From positions 3,969,374 to 4,029,373 of the forward strand of contig MU054220.1 in assembly GCA_013239625.1 (NCBI GenBank): DNA of 60,000 nucleotides, read 5' to 3'. The translations under genes were made by a program, and so were the position numbers. This document shows positions 34,731 to 46,198 of this stretch, piece after piece. Each line of letters begins with the position of its first letter. The first letter of the stretch is position 1. Below the pieces are notes generated by a model. The model did not search any database, was not told where the DNA came from, and saw only the letters and a list, made by a program, of their open reading frames with translations. This DNA is from Lama guanicoe (lineage: Eukaryota).

Positions 34731-35059
34731 CTTGAGCATCATGTCCACACAGTCTGCACCTAGAAGACAAACAGACCCACCGATGAGTCCAACAGAGGTT
34801 GAGTATTTAGGCAATTGGTGTTAGCTGCTTCATGTGATACAAAAATCCTTAGTCAATCATTATGTATGTTTATATGTGATATTTGGGGAATTGGGAATTT
34901 TGGATGGGTGAGGAGTGCATAATTTTTTGCACTGAGAAAAAGAAAAATGTAGTCCTTCATTATGCAAAGTTTACTCTCTGACATTTCAGACATGCATGGA
35001 TGAGATTTTTATAGTGAAGTGTATCTCTAAATGTAAAATTAAAGACCTGGTCATACTCT

Positions 35060-35240
35060 TATCTAATATTAATGAGTCCTCCCCATATCCTGGGACTGTA
35101 CTAAGCATTTAACATGTTGTAATTTTATTTGCTACTAAAAACAGGCCTTTAAGTAAGAGATGTTTATTATGATCAATGCTAGTTTACAAATGAGGAAAGA
35201 GAAGAGAGAGGTTGAGTAACTATCTCAAGGTCATAATTCC
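35060..35240 (-). mobile_element. MIR SINE
   Basis: 'tttacaaatgaggaaagagaagagagaggttgagtaactatctcaaggtca'. Confidence 0.7.
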
Positions 35241-35334
35241 TGGCTTGGGTAGATAGTTGTTTTTAACATCGTGCATGTGGTAGACACACACATTTTCATT
35301 TACACTTGTTGTGTTTTAGATTTCATCATAAATA

Positions 35335-36685
35335 AAAGAAGATAGAAGCGAGGAGAATAATTCCTAACTCACTCTATGAAGCTAACATTACCCTAATACC
35401 AAAACCAGGCAGACATTACAAGAAAACTACAGACCAACATCTCTGCATGAACACAGATGCAAAAATCCTCAACAAAATCTTAGCAAATCAAACCCAACAG
35501 TATATAAAAAGAATTATACAACATGACCAAGTGGGATTTATCCCAGGTCTGCAATGTTCAAAAATCAATTAATGTAATCCATCAATCAACAGGGTAAAAA
35601 AAGAAAGAAAGAAAGAAATCACGTGATGGTATCAACAGATGCAGAGAAAAAAGACGTTTGACAGAACCAGCACCTACTTTACTTATAATAAAAAGTCTCA
35701 GTAAACTAGGAACAGAGGGGGACTTCCTCAATGTGTTAACTTGTCTGTGAAAACCCTACAGCTAACAAGTTGAGAAACTTGAAACTTTCCCAGTAAGATC
35801 AGGCACCAGGCAAGGATGTCCCCTCCCACCACTTCTTTTCAACACTGTATTGCAATAAAACAGGAAAAGGAAATAAAAGATATGCTGATAGTGAAGGAAG
35901 CAATAAAACTGTCTTGTTCATAGACATAGATGACATGATCGTCTGTGTAGAAAATCTGAAAGAATTGAAAGAATATTTAGCTTCTGGAAATATTAGGCAA
36001 TTATAGCAAGGTCACAGGATATAAGGTTAATACACAAAAGTCAATTGCTTTCTTACATACAAGCATTGAACAAGTGGAGTTTGAAATTAAAAAACATGGT
36101 ACCATTCCCATTAGCACCCCCAAAAATGAAATACATAGGTATAAATCTAACAAAATTTGTGAAAATCTACATAAGGCAAATTACAAAACCCTGATTAATG
36201 AAATCCAAGAAGAACTAAATAAACAGAGAGCTATTCCATGTTCATAGGTAGGAAGACTTGATATTGTCCAGCTATCAGTTCTTTCCAACTTGATCAAGAG
36301 ATTCAGTGCTATCTTAATCAAAATCTCAGCAAGTTATGTTGTGGATATTGACAAACTGATTCTAAAATTTATATGGAGGGGCAAAGACCTAGAATACCCA
36401 ACACAATATTGAAAGGGAAGAACAGAATTGAAGGACTGACACCAACTGACTTTAAGACTCACTATATAAAACCTCAGTACTCAAGACAATGTGGTATTGC
36501 TGAAAGAATAGACAAATAGATCAATGAAACAGAATATAGAGCCCAGAAATAGACCTCCGTATAATCAAATGATTATAAGACAAAAGGAGCAAAAGCAATA
36601 CAATGGAACAAAGATAGTCTTTAGGAGACCTTATACTCTTCACCAAATGAACTCAAAATGGATCACAGATCTAAATATAAACTTC
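35335..36685 (+). mobile_element. Old L1 (L1M) internal ORF2 fragment covering the RT region, degraded
   Basis: 'ctatgaagctaacattaccctaataccaaaacc', 'gaaaactacagaccaacatctc...gatgcaaaaatcctcaacaaaat', 'gatgacatgatcgtctg' (DDM motif); many stops and deletions. Confidence 0.9.
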
Positions 36686-36694
36686 TTGTCTTGA

Positions 36695-37008
36695 TGGACA
36701 GAGACCCCTCTCTCTGGCCAATGGGTGTTCATAAAAGTGATGTGCAACTTCTGAGTCATGTGCTTATAGGAGATGAAAGTGCCCTTGTCTTCCCTGTCCC
36801 CCATTTTCACTGTCTGGAAAGTGGACCCAATGGTGATAAATGGCACAGCTTTCCTGGACTATGAATGGCAGCTGCGTGAAGAGGATGATGAAGAAACATG
36901 ATGGAAGGTCTGGGTCCCCCAACAACACTGAGCGGCCCTGCCAGCTGGGGCCAAAAGAGAGAGAAATGTCCATCTCACTGGAGCCACTAGATTCTGGATA
37001 ACAGCAGA
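36695..37008 (+). mobile_element. ERVL/MaLR LTR remnant (LTR33-like)
   Basis: 'ctggccaatggg...aagtgatgtgcaacttc', 'gatggaaggtctgggtcccc', 'gagagagaaat...agccact'. Confidence 0.6.
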
Positions 37009-37317
37009 TTAATCCGTATCTTTGCAGGTTTTCTTGGGTGATTCATTCTGTTTATATGGATTCTGAGAGCCATCTTTTCCTCAAGCTCATTTTCAAATTC
37101 TCAGACCCCTGACTCAAGTCTCCATTTCCTGAAACAAAACCTCCATCTCTTACTCCATGGCTGATTCTGAACAAGGCACTACTCCTGTTTGAGCACCTCC
37201 CTCACCCCCCATCTGTAAAATAGAAAGAGTGAGCTCAGCATCATTGAGGGATAGTGCCAATGAGTGAGGTCACGGATCAAGGCTTTGGATTTACAAGAAG
37301 GATGAAATTCAAGAACA

Positions 37318-37624
37318 GACGATGATGACGGCAGTGATAGAAATGGTAATGATTACAATGGTGGTGGTGATGGAGATGGAGATGTTGACGGGATGATGGT
37401 GATGATAATGATGGTGGTGATGATTATAACTATTATAGTGAGAATTGCAATGGTATTGGTGGTGGTAATGGTGACATTGATGGTAGTGGAGGTGGTGATG
37501 ATGATAACTGTAATGACAACAATGCTGATGATGGTGTAAGGATGAGGATAATGATGGTGATGATATACTGATGAGGAGGATGGTGATGGTACGTTGGTGA
37601 GGTAATGGAGGGTCATGATGATGG

Positions 37625-37656
<32 letters not shown>

Positions 37657-37997
37657 GCTAGGGTGGTAATGGTGCTATGGTGCTGCTGCTTTTGGTGATG
37701 ACAATAGTGGTATCACAGATACAGTGATGGTGATAATGGTAATAGTAATGCTGGTGGTGAGGATGGTGATTCTGCTGATGGTGTCAGTAGTATTGATAGT
37801 GATCGTGGTGATTTTGATGATGGTGATAGAGACAGTGATGATTTTAACGGTGGTAATAGTGGTGATGTTGATAATTGTAATGGTGGTGGTGCTGGTGATG
37901 ATAATGACAGTGGTGACACTGATGATTGTAGTGTACTGACATTACCACTGATAATGGTACAGTATTGACATTGGCAGTATTAATAGTGATATTGATG
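37318..37997. repeat. Degenerate (GAT/GGT/AAT)n trinucleotide tract with a perfect (TGA)~10 core at 37625-37656
   Basis: Directly visible 3-bp periodicity over ~680 bp. Confidence 0.95.
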
Positions 37998-38039
37998 GAA
38001 GTTCATTACATGTCTAGAAGTAGAATTGTGAATATCCTC

Positions 38040-39075
38040 TCCCAGTCCATGGTTTGCCTTTCCTTAATGAGATAACAGCCCTCCAAATTTCAGATCTGAT
38101 CTGTTCAATGGTTCCCAGATTTATATATCTATATATACATCTATATACATATATTTTATTTATTTCCTTATTTGTCTCATCTCTTCTTGTGTAACCAAAT
38201 GCAGAACACATGCTCCCCTCAGCCCCCTGCCCCGCACCAGTGCTTCCTGCCTTCCTGATCTCAGTAAATCACAGCACCATTCAGCCACAGTCCAAACTCT
38301 AGGACATCCCTTTGATTCTTCCTTTTACTGTGCCCTCCATTTCTAGCCCAGCGAATTCTACCTCCAAGTACATCTGAATCCTTTCATCTCTTTTTATCTC
38401 TGCCATGTCCGCTCTACCTCAAGGCACCATTCATCTCCCCACCGGGATGAATATAATCACCTCCTAACTGGACTCCCTCTTCCGCTCTTCCTACCTGGTA
38501 ATCTTTCTCCACTCAGCAGTCAGGGTGGTCCTTTAAAATGCAAATCAGATGCTGTCATGCCCCTGCCACAAACTTTCCTATGGTACCCTGTTGCCCTGGA
38601 CAAAACACCAAGCTTGTTACCATGAGATGTGATCTGACTCTTGCTTCTCGTCAGACTGCCCCCACTCCCATGCTTTGGTCACATGTTTTGTTTCTCTAAT
38701 ATCTTAGACACCTTCTCACCTCAGGGCCTTTGCATTTGCCATTCCCTCTTCCAGAAATACTCTCTCCAGATCTGCACAGTCAATGGCAATATAAGAATTC
38801 AAACTATTTGGTCTGGCTCTGAAGTCTGTACTCTTAATTGCTATATATATTGCCTCTCTGAGCAACTGCCCTGCTTTATCTGCCCCATAATATCTATCAC
38901 CATCTTCTTTGATCTTATTTACCTTTTAGATTACTGCTGGACTCCCTCCACTAGAGTGCAAGCTCTGTAGCGGCAGGACCGTGCATCCTGGTTTCCCACT
39001 ATAACCTCAGCATCCAGAACAGTGGCTGACACATAGCAGGTGTTCGTTCTATAAATACTTGTGAATGAATTGATT
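38040..39075 (+). mobile_element. L2 LINE 3' region (fragmented)
   Basis: 'tttaaaatgcaaatcagatgctgtca', 'cctcagggcctttgcatttgcc', terminus 'agaacagtggctgacacatagcaggtg...tgaatgaat'. Confidence 0.8.
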
Positions 39076-39277
39076 GGCTCATGAGGCAAATTAGAACTAT
39101 ATCCCACCCCACCCCATCTCCAGGTAAATTAAAAGCTAAGCTTGTGGCCATGTGACCTCCATGGCAAAGACCAATCACCTTTCCCCCTTTGCCCTCCTGC
39201 TTTCAACTCTCATGGCTACTGCCCCAGTTCAGCCCCTTAACTATGATCACAGCCTCTAGTCCTGACCCCCGTGGTCC

Positions 39278-39452
39278 TGCCAACTAAAGAAAAATGCAAA
39301 ACCTTAAAGTTGTGAGTTATGTTTTATTGGGGGACCTTACTGAGGACTATAGCCCGAGAGAGAGAGCCTCTCAGATAGCTCTGAGGAATTGCTCTGAAGA
39401 GATAAGGGAGGAGCCAGAGTATATAGGAGTTTTTGCTGAAAAAAAAATCAAA
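39278..39452 (-). mobile_element. ERV1 LTR 3' fragment (MER41-like cetartiodactyl type)
   Basis: 'gttttattgggggaccttactgaggactatagccc...gcctctcagatagctctgagg...aagggaggagccagagtatataggag'; TATA and AATAAA on the minus strand. Confidence 0.7.
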
Positions 39453-39599
39453 CATTAAGAGCTCTCGAAACCTTTTTCCTTGGGTGTCTGGAAGAGATAA
39501 GGGTTGGGTTGAACAAGCATGGCTCCTAAGCTATCCCCCCTTTCCTTTCAGCCAGAGAAGCCTCACTTGTATCCACTGTACACAGAAGCAGTGTAACAT

Positions 39600-39895
39600 T
39601 GAGATGAAGGGCAGCTTCTAGAGCCAATCTGCCTGAATTCAAACCTGTCTCTGCATCTCTCGAGCTGTGTGACCCTGGCCAGGTTACTCAACTTCTCTGA
39701 TCACTAGTTTGCAAATGGAGCTAATATTATGATCTTGTACATGATATTACATGAAGCTAGTAATATAGTTACTATCTGAAAATGGAGCTAATGACAGTGC
39801 CTGCTTCCCAATCTTGTTGGGTTAGATGAGTTTGTTCAGGGAAAGCACTCAGGACAGAGCCTGGCGTGTAGTAAATGCTCAGTCAGTGTTGGATA
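39600..39895 (+). mobile_element. MIR SINE with internal 54-bp insertion
   Basis: 'gctgtgtgaccctggccaggttactcaacttctctg...gacagagcctggcgtgtagtaaatgctcag'. Confidence 0.8.
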
Positions 39896-42729
39896 TCACA
39901 GTAAATTATACTTCCATATAGGATTTAATTTGCCCTGATTAAAAGAAAAAAATGTGAAATTTTGGTTTTCATACTTTGCATTGCAATTATCATTATATAA
40001 CAATATTATACGCTTGAAGTTTCTTGAGGGAAATTTCTCTCTTTTGCGGGAGGTTTCTTGAGGGAAAAGATCATATTTAGCTTTGTGCCCCTGACACCGT
40101 GGGCTGTGCCTGTCGCAGAGTGGGCATTCCATAACTACACACTGAGGGAGGGAGGAAGTAAGCCAAGGAGTGAAAGTGCCCAGGTACCTCCTGGGGCTAC
40201 TCCCGAAGTATTCAGCAGCATGTCAAACTCATTAGTCGTCAGCAGATGTCGCCCTTGTCTCTGAAATGGGGCACTTCTGGGCATGTGCACTGTGGTCCAG
40301 GCTCCTGGAGGGGCAGGTGACATGGGAAGATGCTGCTAACCCAGTGGATGAATGGATGAGCAGGAGGGGAGTTGTTTAGCATCCAGGAGAAGGCACTGGG
40401 AGAGGCGTGAAAGGGCTTACCACAGCAAGCCTCATGAACTGTGGAGTCTTGAGGCCTGGATTCTGGTCCCAGCGGGGAATACCAGGAGTCCCTTCAGCCC
40501 TCTGAGCCTCAGTTTCCTCACCTGCCAAGTGCAGGCAATAATGATATGCCTGGACATAGGTAGGTTGACAGGCCCTATTGGATAGTTGATAAAGATTTGA
40601 TTTGCTTTCTTGTTTCCTTGCTGCTTCTAAGTTGACCTTTCCCTTGCATTTCCGGGGAAAGGCCAGAGGCATTCTCAGACCTCCCCATCTTACCAGTTAC
40701 AGCTCTCTGAGTGGAAATAAAATGAAAATTTCACCAGCCTGGAATTCTGAGGAAGAAGGGGCAACGAACGAAGAATAAATGAGACAGGGCGGCCCAAAGA
40801 TGTCAGGAGAGCCAGTGGCCCTAGTGGACCACACCTCTGGGTGACTCTTCTGTGCCTGCATGAGCTCACTCAGGTGGACTGAATATCTTTCTGGAGAGGC
40901 AACCATGCTAGCGTTAAGGGGATAAGGGAGGTGGGGTGGATGCTCCTCTCTCAACTCTGTCCCCTCACTTTCCTTGGCTATGTGACTTAAGCAAGTTTCT
41001 TCCCCTCTCTGGGCTATTCTCGCTATGAAATGGTACAGGCCTAGGTCAGGAGTTTTCAAGCTGATCTTTAGCAGTAGAAGCAGCTTCAAGCCACTTCCCC
41101 TGTGGAGTCAGTTGTGGAAGGAGATAAAGCAACACTATCAGGTTCTGGAGGGGCTGAGAGAGGAGCTAGGAGCCCTCTGACCACTCATCTCCTGCAGTGA
41201 CCCTGAACATCCCCCCAAGGTCCCCTCCAAGTGCAGGCTCCATGACTCTTCAGGTCCTCCTCTCCCAGCTCACCTCGCTGTCCTCCCACAGCCCAGATGT
41301 CGCCCACCCCCAAGGGCTTCCCATTCTCCTGACCTTTCCCCACAGTCTCAGGCCCAGGGAATGTGAGGCTTGGAAGGGAGCCATGGAAGAGAGCCACCAG
41401 CTTCATCCATTGCTTTTCATAGGTGGGGAAAGTGGTTGAGAGGCAAGCAGGGACTCATCCAAGGTCACCAGGGCCTGGGGGCAGAGCTGGGACTGGAAGC
41501 CAGGTCTCTGGACTCCCAGGCCTGAGCTTGGTCCTCCCCACCAAACCTCCCCCTACCTCTGCCCCTCAGCCCAGAGCCTCTTCCAGTTCTGCTTGAGAGT
41601 GGGCCAGATGTCTGTGGATGCTGGATCTGGAGTCAGGGCCAGTGGGACACCAGTCCGCCTCCAAAGGTCACCACCCTCACACTCCCCTCCCAGTGGCTAA
41701 TCAGCTCCAGGCCAGGCCTGCCACAGCTCCCAGGACACTGGGAACTCGAGCTGGGACCTCGCCCCGGCCAGCTCCCAACTGCCCAGAGCAGGGGTGAGCC
41801 TAGCCTCCCAGCCTACCCCCACCAAGTCCTCAATTCTCCTCCTGGCTCATCTCTCATGGGCTCCAGACCTGCTCCTTCAGCTCCCCTGGAATTTCCCGCA
41901 GAAGAAGCAGTACTATCCAAGTCCATGTCACACAGCCAGGCACAGGCAGAGAGCAGAGTCGACCTGCCCTGATTCTCAGCCCAGCACAGCACCCTTTCTC
42001 TCTGCAGAAGGGCACCAAGGTGGGCCAGAGTTCTACCTCTCCCAGCTGTGTGACCTTGAGAAAACCACTTCCCCACTTCCCCACTCTGACCCTCAGTCTG
42101 CTTATCTTTAACAGAGATAATCACAGGTGTTGATACCAAGAGCTGTTCTGAATATTAAGTGAGATAAGACATACAAGCACCAAGCACATTATATGCTCTT
42201 ATTAAATCATCTTATTTTTTCCCAGGGGCTCCCGGTGGGAGAAATGGAAATTTCTCTCCTCATCATTCAAGGCTTCTTAGCTTAGCCCCATGTCCTCTGT
42301 CTGAATGCCTTCCTTTCCTCACCGTCTGACCAGCCCCTCCCTTCCAGGCACTGGTCCTTCCCTCTGGTGCAAACGCCCACCTTGGCCTCTGCTCTTCTCC
42401 CTCCCTTCTCCCTGATTCCGTGCTAATCTAGAGTCCCCTCCCTCCTCTCCTCCGCTTGTCTCGCCCCTCCTCCGCCATCACCATCTTCTCCAAGAGGCCT
42501 CTCAGGTCATTCCAGGATCTTCCCGGGTCCCTGTTGGCCGCCCCCTCCCCCTGCTGGATTGGAACATTCTCTCTGGTTCAGTTTTCCCCTTTGACCCTGA
42601 AGCAGGGCCAGGCACACAGGTGAGGTCCATGCCCCACCTGGTCTCCGAAGGCATCCCTGCCCCTGCTCTCCACCCCTGGTCCTGCCTGAGCCAAGCCCCT
42701 CCCCCAGTTCAATGGCCAGAGAGAGAGGA

Positions 42730-42990
42730 ATAGTAATGGCAACAACAGCGTTGCTTCTAAGAGCTCCCGTCTGAGAACTGACAAGACCCAGGCCCTTATC
42801 CCAAACGTTGTTATGTGTATTAGCTCATTTAGTCTGCCCAGCAGCCCTAGGAGATGGGCACTATTATCTGCCTCATTTTACAGATGGTGAAACTGAGGCA
42901 CAGAGAATTTAGTGGCTCGCCTTGGGTCACACCGCTGACACGAAGCAGAACCAGTCCTCAGCCCCAGCCAGGCCAGGTCGAGCCTGAGCT
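42730..42990 (-). mobile_element. MIR SINE
   Basis: 'cctcattttacagatggtgaaactgaggcacagaga'. Confidence 0.85.
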
Positions 42991-43217
42991 TTTAGGAGGC
43001 TCTGGGTTCACATTAGACCTGGCTCAACCCCCACTTACTGGTTGGCACCACCAGGCAAATCAGAACTGAGACTCTAGTCCAGGCCACACATTGTGCCACC
43101 CCAGGAGGCAACATTCACAAGAAGTGACCCTGGAGTTGTACCACCCACTCGTTGCTCCAGCCCGGGCATCCTTCTGCCCTAACTGGCATCCGTCAGCTTC
43201 TCCCGAATTCACTGGAA

Positions 43218-43236
43218 TGCTGCCATCTAGTGGACA
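43218..43236 (-). promoter_or_regulatory. CTCF motif
   Basis: Minus strand TGTCCACTAGATGGCAGCA, near-consensus CTCF core. Confidence 0.7.
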
Positions 43237-43399
43237 CTTTAGGAATTACTCACGCTCTGTTGAGCTTGCAGGCTATTTGCTTACCTTCTTCACAGGAACA
43301 GGGCTTTGCCTCTGTTGAGGTCACAAAGCCCTGTAAGACCCAGTCCCGCCCTCCAGTTGCTCAGACTCCCCAGGACATCCATCCACTGGAGCACAGACA

Positions 43400-44075
43400 G
43401 GTCCACTGAAGACTTCTCTCAACCCTCCCTCCCAATGGATGCCTGATTGGACCCTCTCTCCTGCCTGTCCCACCTCCAGCCCAGACACCAGATATTCTCA
43501 ACCTGGATGACTGTGGTTGCCTCCCTGCTTCCACTAGTACACCTTTCAGTCTGTTCTCAGCCAGCATCCAGAGCCATCTGTTGAAGACAAAGATCTCATC
43601 CTGTTGCAAGCTACCAAGCCCCTTACCCAGACTCACCCTGCACACCCTGGCCCAGGTTCTCCTCGCCGCTGTCAACTCCTCCTTCCCTCTCAATTCACCA
43701 CGTTCCAGCTGCACTGTCCTTCTCTCTTTGGAGAGATTTGTACCTGCCCCAGAACCCTTGCACTGGCTGTTCCCACTGCCTGGAGTACCCTTCCTCCTGA
43801 GAGTCACATCATCCAGGTGTCAGCTCAGTGTCTCCTCTCAAAGAGGCATCTTTAAGGACCCTGAGGTGGCCCTGCCCCTCCCCTAGTCTCATACCACTGT
43901 ATCTTTTCCTCACAGCTCTTATTGTCTAAAATCATTCCGCCCTGTCTCTTGTCTCTTACCTCCCCATCAGGGTGATGCCGGACTGCGTCTGCCTCCTTCC
44001 ACTGGCTCTGAACCTAGAGCAGTTTTGGCCACTCGTGAAATACGTACTGCTTGACTGGATGAATGAATGCATGCC
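43400..44075 (+). mobile_element. L2 fragments
   Basis: 'ccttgcactggctgttcccactgcctgga', 'cagctcagtgtctcctctc', tail 'gatgaatgaatg'. Confidence 0.7.
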
Positions 44076-44189
44076 TGTATGTACGGATGGTATTTGTCTC
44101 CACTTTGGGGTACATGAACTCAAAGACAGTCAGACCCGGAAAGCTCTAAGTAGCTCACAGACTAGATGGCCCATCAGACCTGACCTGGT

Positions 44190-44330
44190 CCATTAGACTT
44201 AAAATACAGATTTCTGGGCCCTTCCACCCTGAGATTCTTGTTCAGTAGGTTTGGAGTGGGTTCCTCCACCCCACCCACCCCACCCCTGCATGAGTTCCAA
44301 GTGATTCTGATGCTTTAGTGGTCTAGTCTA
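44190..44330. mobile_element. MER5A1-like hAT remnant
   Basis: 'ttaaaatacagatttctgggccc...gagattcttgttcagtaggtttggagtggg...gtgattctgatgc'. Confidence 0.7.
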
Positions 44331-44454
44331 GTTTAATCTAGCTTTCTAGTTTATAGATGGGGAAACCGAGGCCCAGAGAGGGGAGGGGCTGACCTAAGAT
44401 CACACAGGGAGCAGGAGGTGGGACGTTCTCAACTTCCCCTGTGAATAGCAGCCT

Positions 44455-44870
44455 CCCTGCTCCTTCCCTGACTTCTCCCCCAGCTCACTGTGCAAGGGGC
44501 TCCTCAAGATTCCTCAGACCCCGACACTCCTGCCTCAGGGCCTTTGCACTTGCTGTTTTCCCTGACCTGATTGCTCTTTTCTTAGATACTCATGTGACTC
44601 TGTCCTCGCTCTCTTCAGAGCTTTGCTCAAATACACATTGAGATCCCCCACCACATCATCAGTAAGGTAGCAACCTCTCCTTCATCTGCTGTTCTTTCCT
44701 TCCACAGCACGTACCTTGACCGCACCGCAGTCATTTGACTTACATCCCTCCACTAGGGCTTGAGCTCCATTGCAAGCAGGGGCTTTGTCTCATTTTAATT
44801 GCTTTATTCCAGCACCAGAACGGTGCCTGGCATGGGGAAGGAGCTGAGGGAACACTTGTAAGATGAATGA
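44455..44870 (+). mobile_element. L2 3' fragment
   Basis: 'ctcctgcctcagggcctttgcacttgctgtt', 'agaacggtgcctggcatgg'. Confidence 0.75.
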
Positions 44871-44894
44871 GTGGGACCTCAGCCTTCAGCAGGC

Positions 44895-45130
44895 AACAGT
44901 TTCCAGTGAGGCTAATAACATTATTTTGTCTTCATTGTATCTATTTTTCTGGTTTATTTTTATTTCTTATGGCCAGTGATACTGAGTTTTTCCATTTGTA
45001 GAAGTAATTTAAAATTCCCTTTTAAAATAAATTCACTTAATTAGAAAAAGTACATTTACTTCAAGAATAATATTAAGAGAGTTCCACGTGGTGGGCAGTC
45101 AGGGCAAAAACTGGGAAGATGGGATGGGAG
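44895..45130. mobile_element. Charlie4z-like hAT remnant
   Basis: 'ttttccatttgtagaagtaatttaaaattcccttttaaaataaattcacttaa...ggcaaaaact'. Confidence 0.6.
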
Positions 45131-46184
45131 TTACTGAGGCTGTGTGATTGCTGGAGTCCAGGTCTCCCATGTGACAGATGCGGAAGCTGAGGCCCAGGGC
45201 CTGAGTGACTCATTCGAGGTCACATAGTGAGTTAATGGCATGGTAACCCTCCACCCTGGTCTTCTGATTCCAGACGTGGTATTTCCATTTTCCTTCTAAA
45301 TTCTCCGTTGCATCCTTCAGTGGACACTTAAGTGGGGCGGTGGGAGGTGTCCTGCCCCCAGCCTCAAGATAATAGGACTGAAGACATTTTTAATGACTTT
45401 GTCTCCGTCAGCTGGCACAAGGCATGTTAGATACATGAATAGAAGAGAGAACAGAAGACCTTGAACCCCAAATCCTTCCCTGATGAGCACCCCATGCTGC
45501 TGGGGAGAGGGTCCAGGCCCACGGCATCGGAGACAGGCTGTGGAGATCACCTGTTGGTATAAATCTCTGCAGGTAGGTGCCCCAGCACAGAGGAGCAATG
45601 GAGGCCGTGGAGCTGAGGATGGGGGCCGGAGCGCATCCTTTGGGATGTCGGGAGAGATGGGGGCTGCATGGGGCTGACTGGGTTGCAGGGAGCAGCAAAG
45701 AGCAGAAACTGGGAGGAGTCCTCCTTCCTGAGGACACCATGGGAGTGAAAGCTCAGGCCCCGCACCCGAAAGCTCTGGCTTGGAGCCTGGCCCCTGCCAC
45801 CCTCCAATATCATCTTCCTTTTCATCCTCATCATCTTCCTCCCCCTCCAAAGTGCTGACATCAGGACTAAGTGAGAAAGTCTCCACAGAGTGCTCCCTGC
45901 AGCATCAGGTCTGTAGATGGAGCTCAAAAAATGTTAATGCCTGTGATTTGGGGGAAGGGGTCAAGTTCATTGATGGGCCCCAGGATGTCTGCTATGCAGA
46001 TTTCTTGGTAACAACTTTCTAAGGCTGTCGGTTTCTATTTCTTTGAGGAGAATCAGTGACGCTAAAAGATCCTGCCCCTTTAAGGTCAGGGCTGGAGAGT
46101 TGAGAGGCTGGGAGGCTGATCTGGAGCCTGGAGAGAGCCCAGGAGTGAAGGGGTGATGGAAACAGTCTCAGAGGACTCGAACCC

Positions 46185-46198
46185 GTTGCCATGACCAC
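46185..46198. promoter_or_regulatory. RFX X-box-like site
   Basis: GTTGCCATGACCAC, 12/14 match to GTTGCCATGGCAAC. Confidence 0.35.

Noticed and set aside
37353..37939. Hydrophobic or His/Thr-rich ORFs as membrane proteins
   Set aside because: Translation artefacts of the trinucleotide tract
45317..45886. 189-aa ORF with acidic run (EGEEDDEDEKEDD)
   Set aside because: The acidic run comes from a short purine-rich low-complexity patch; the start abuts a MER5-like remnant; no splice context or known domain
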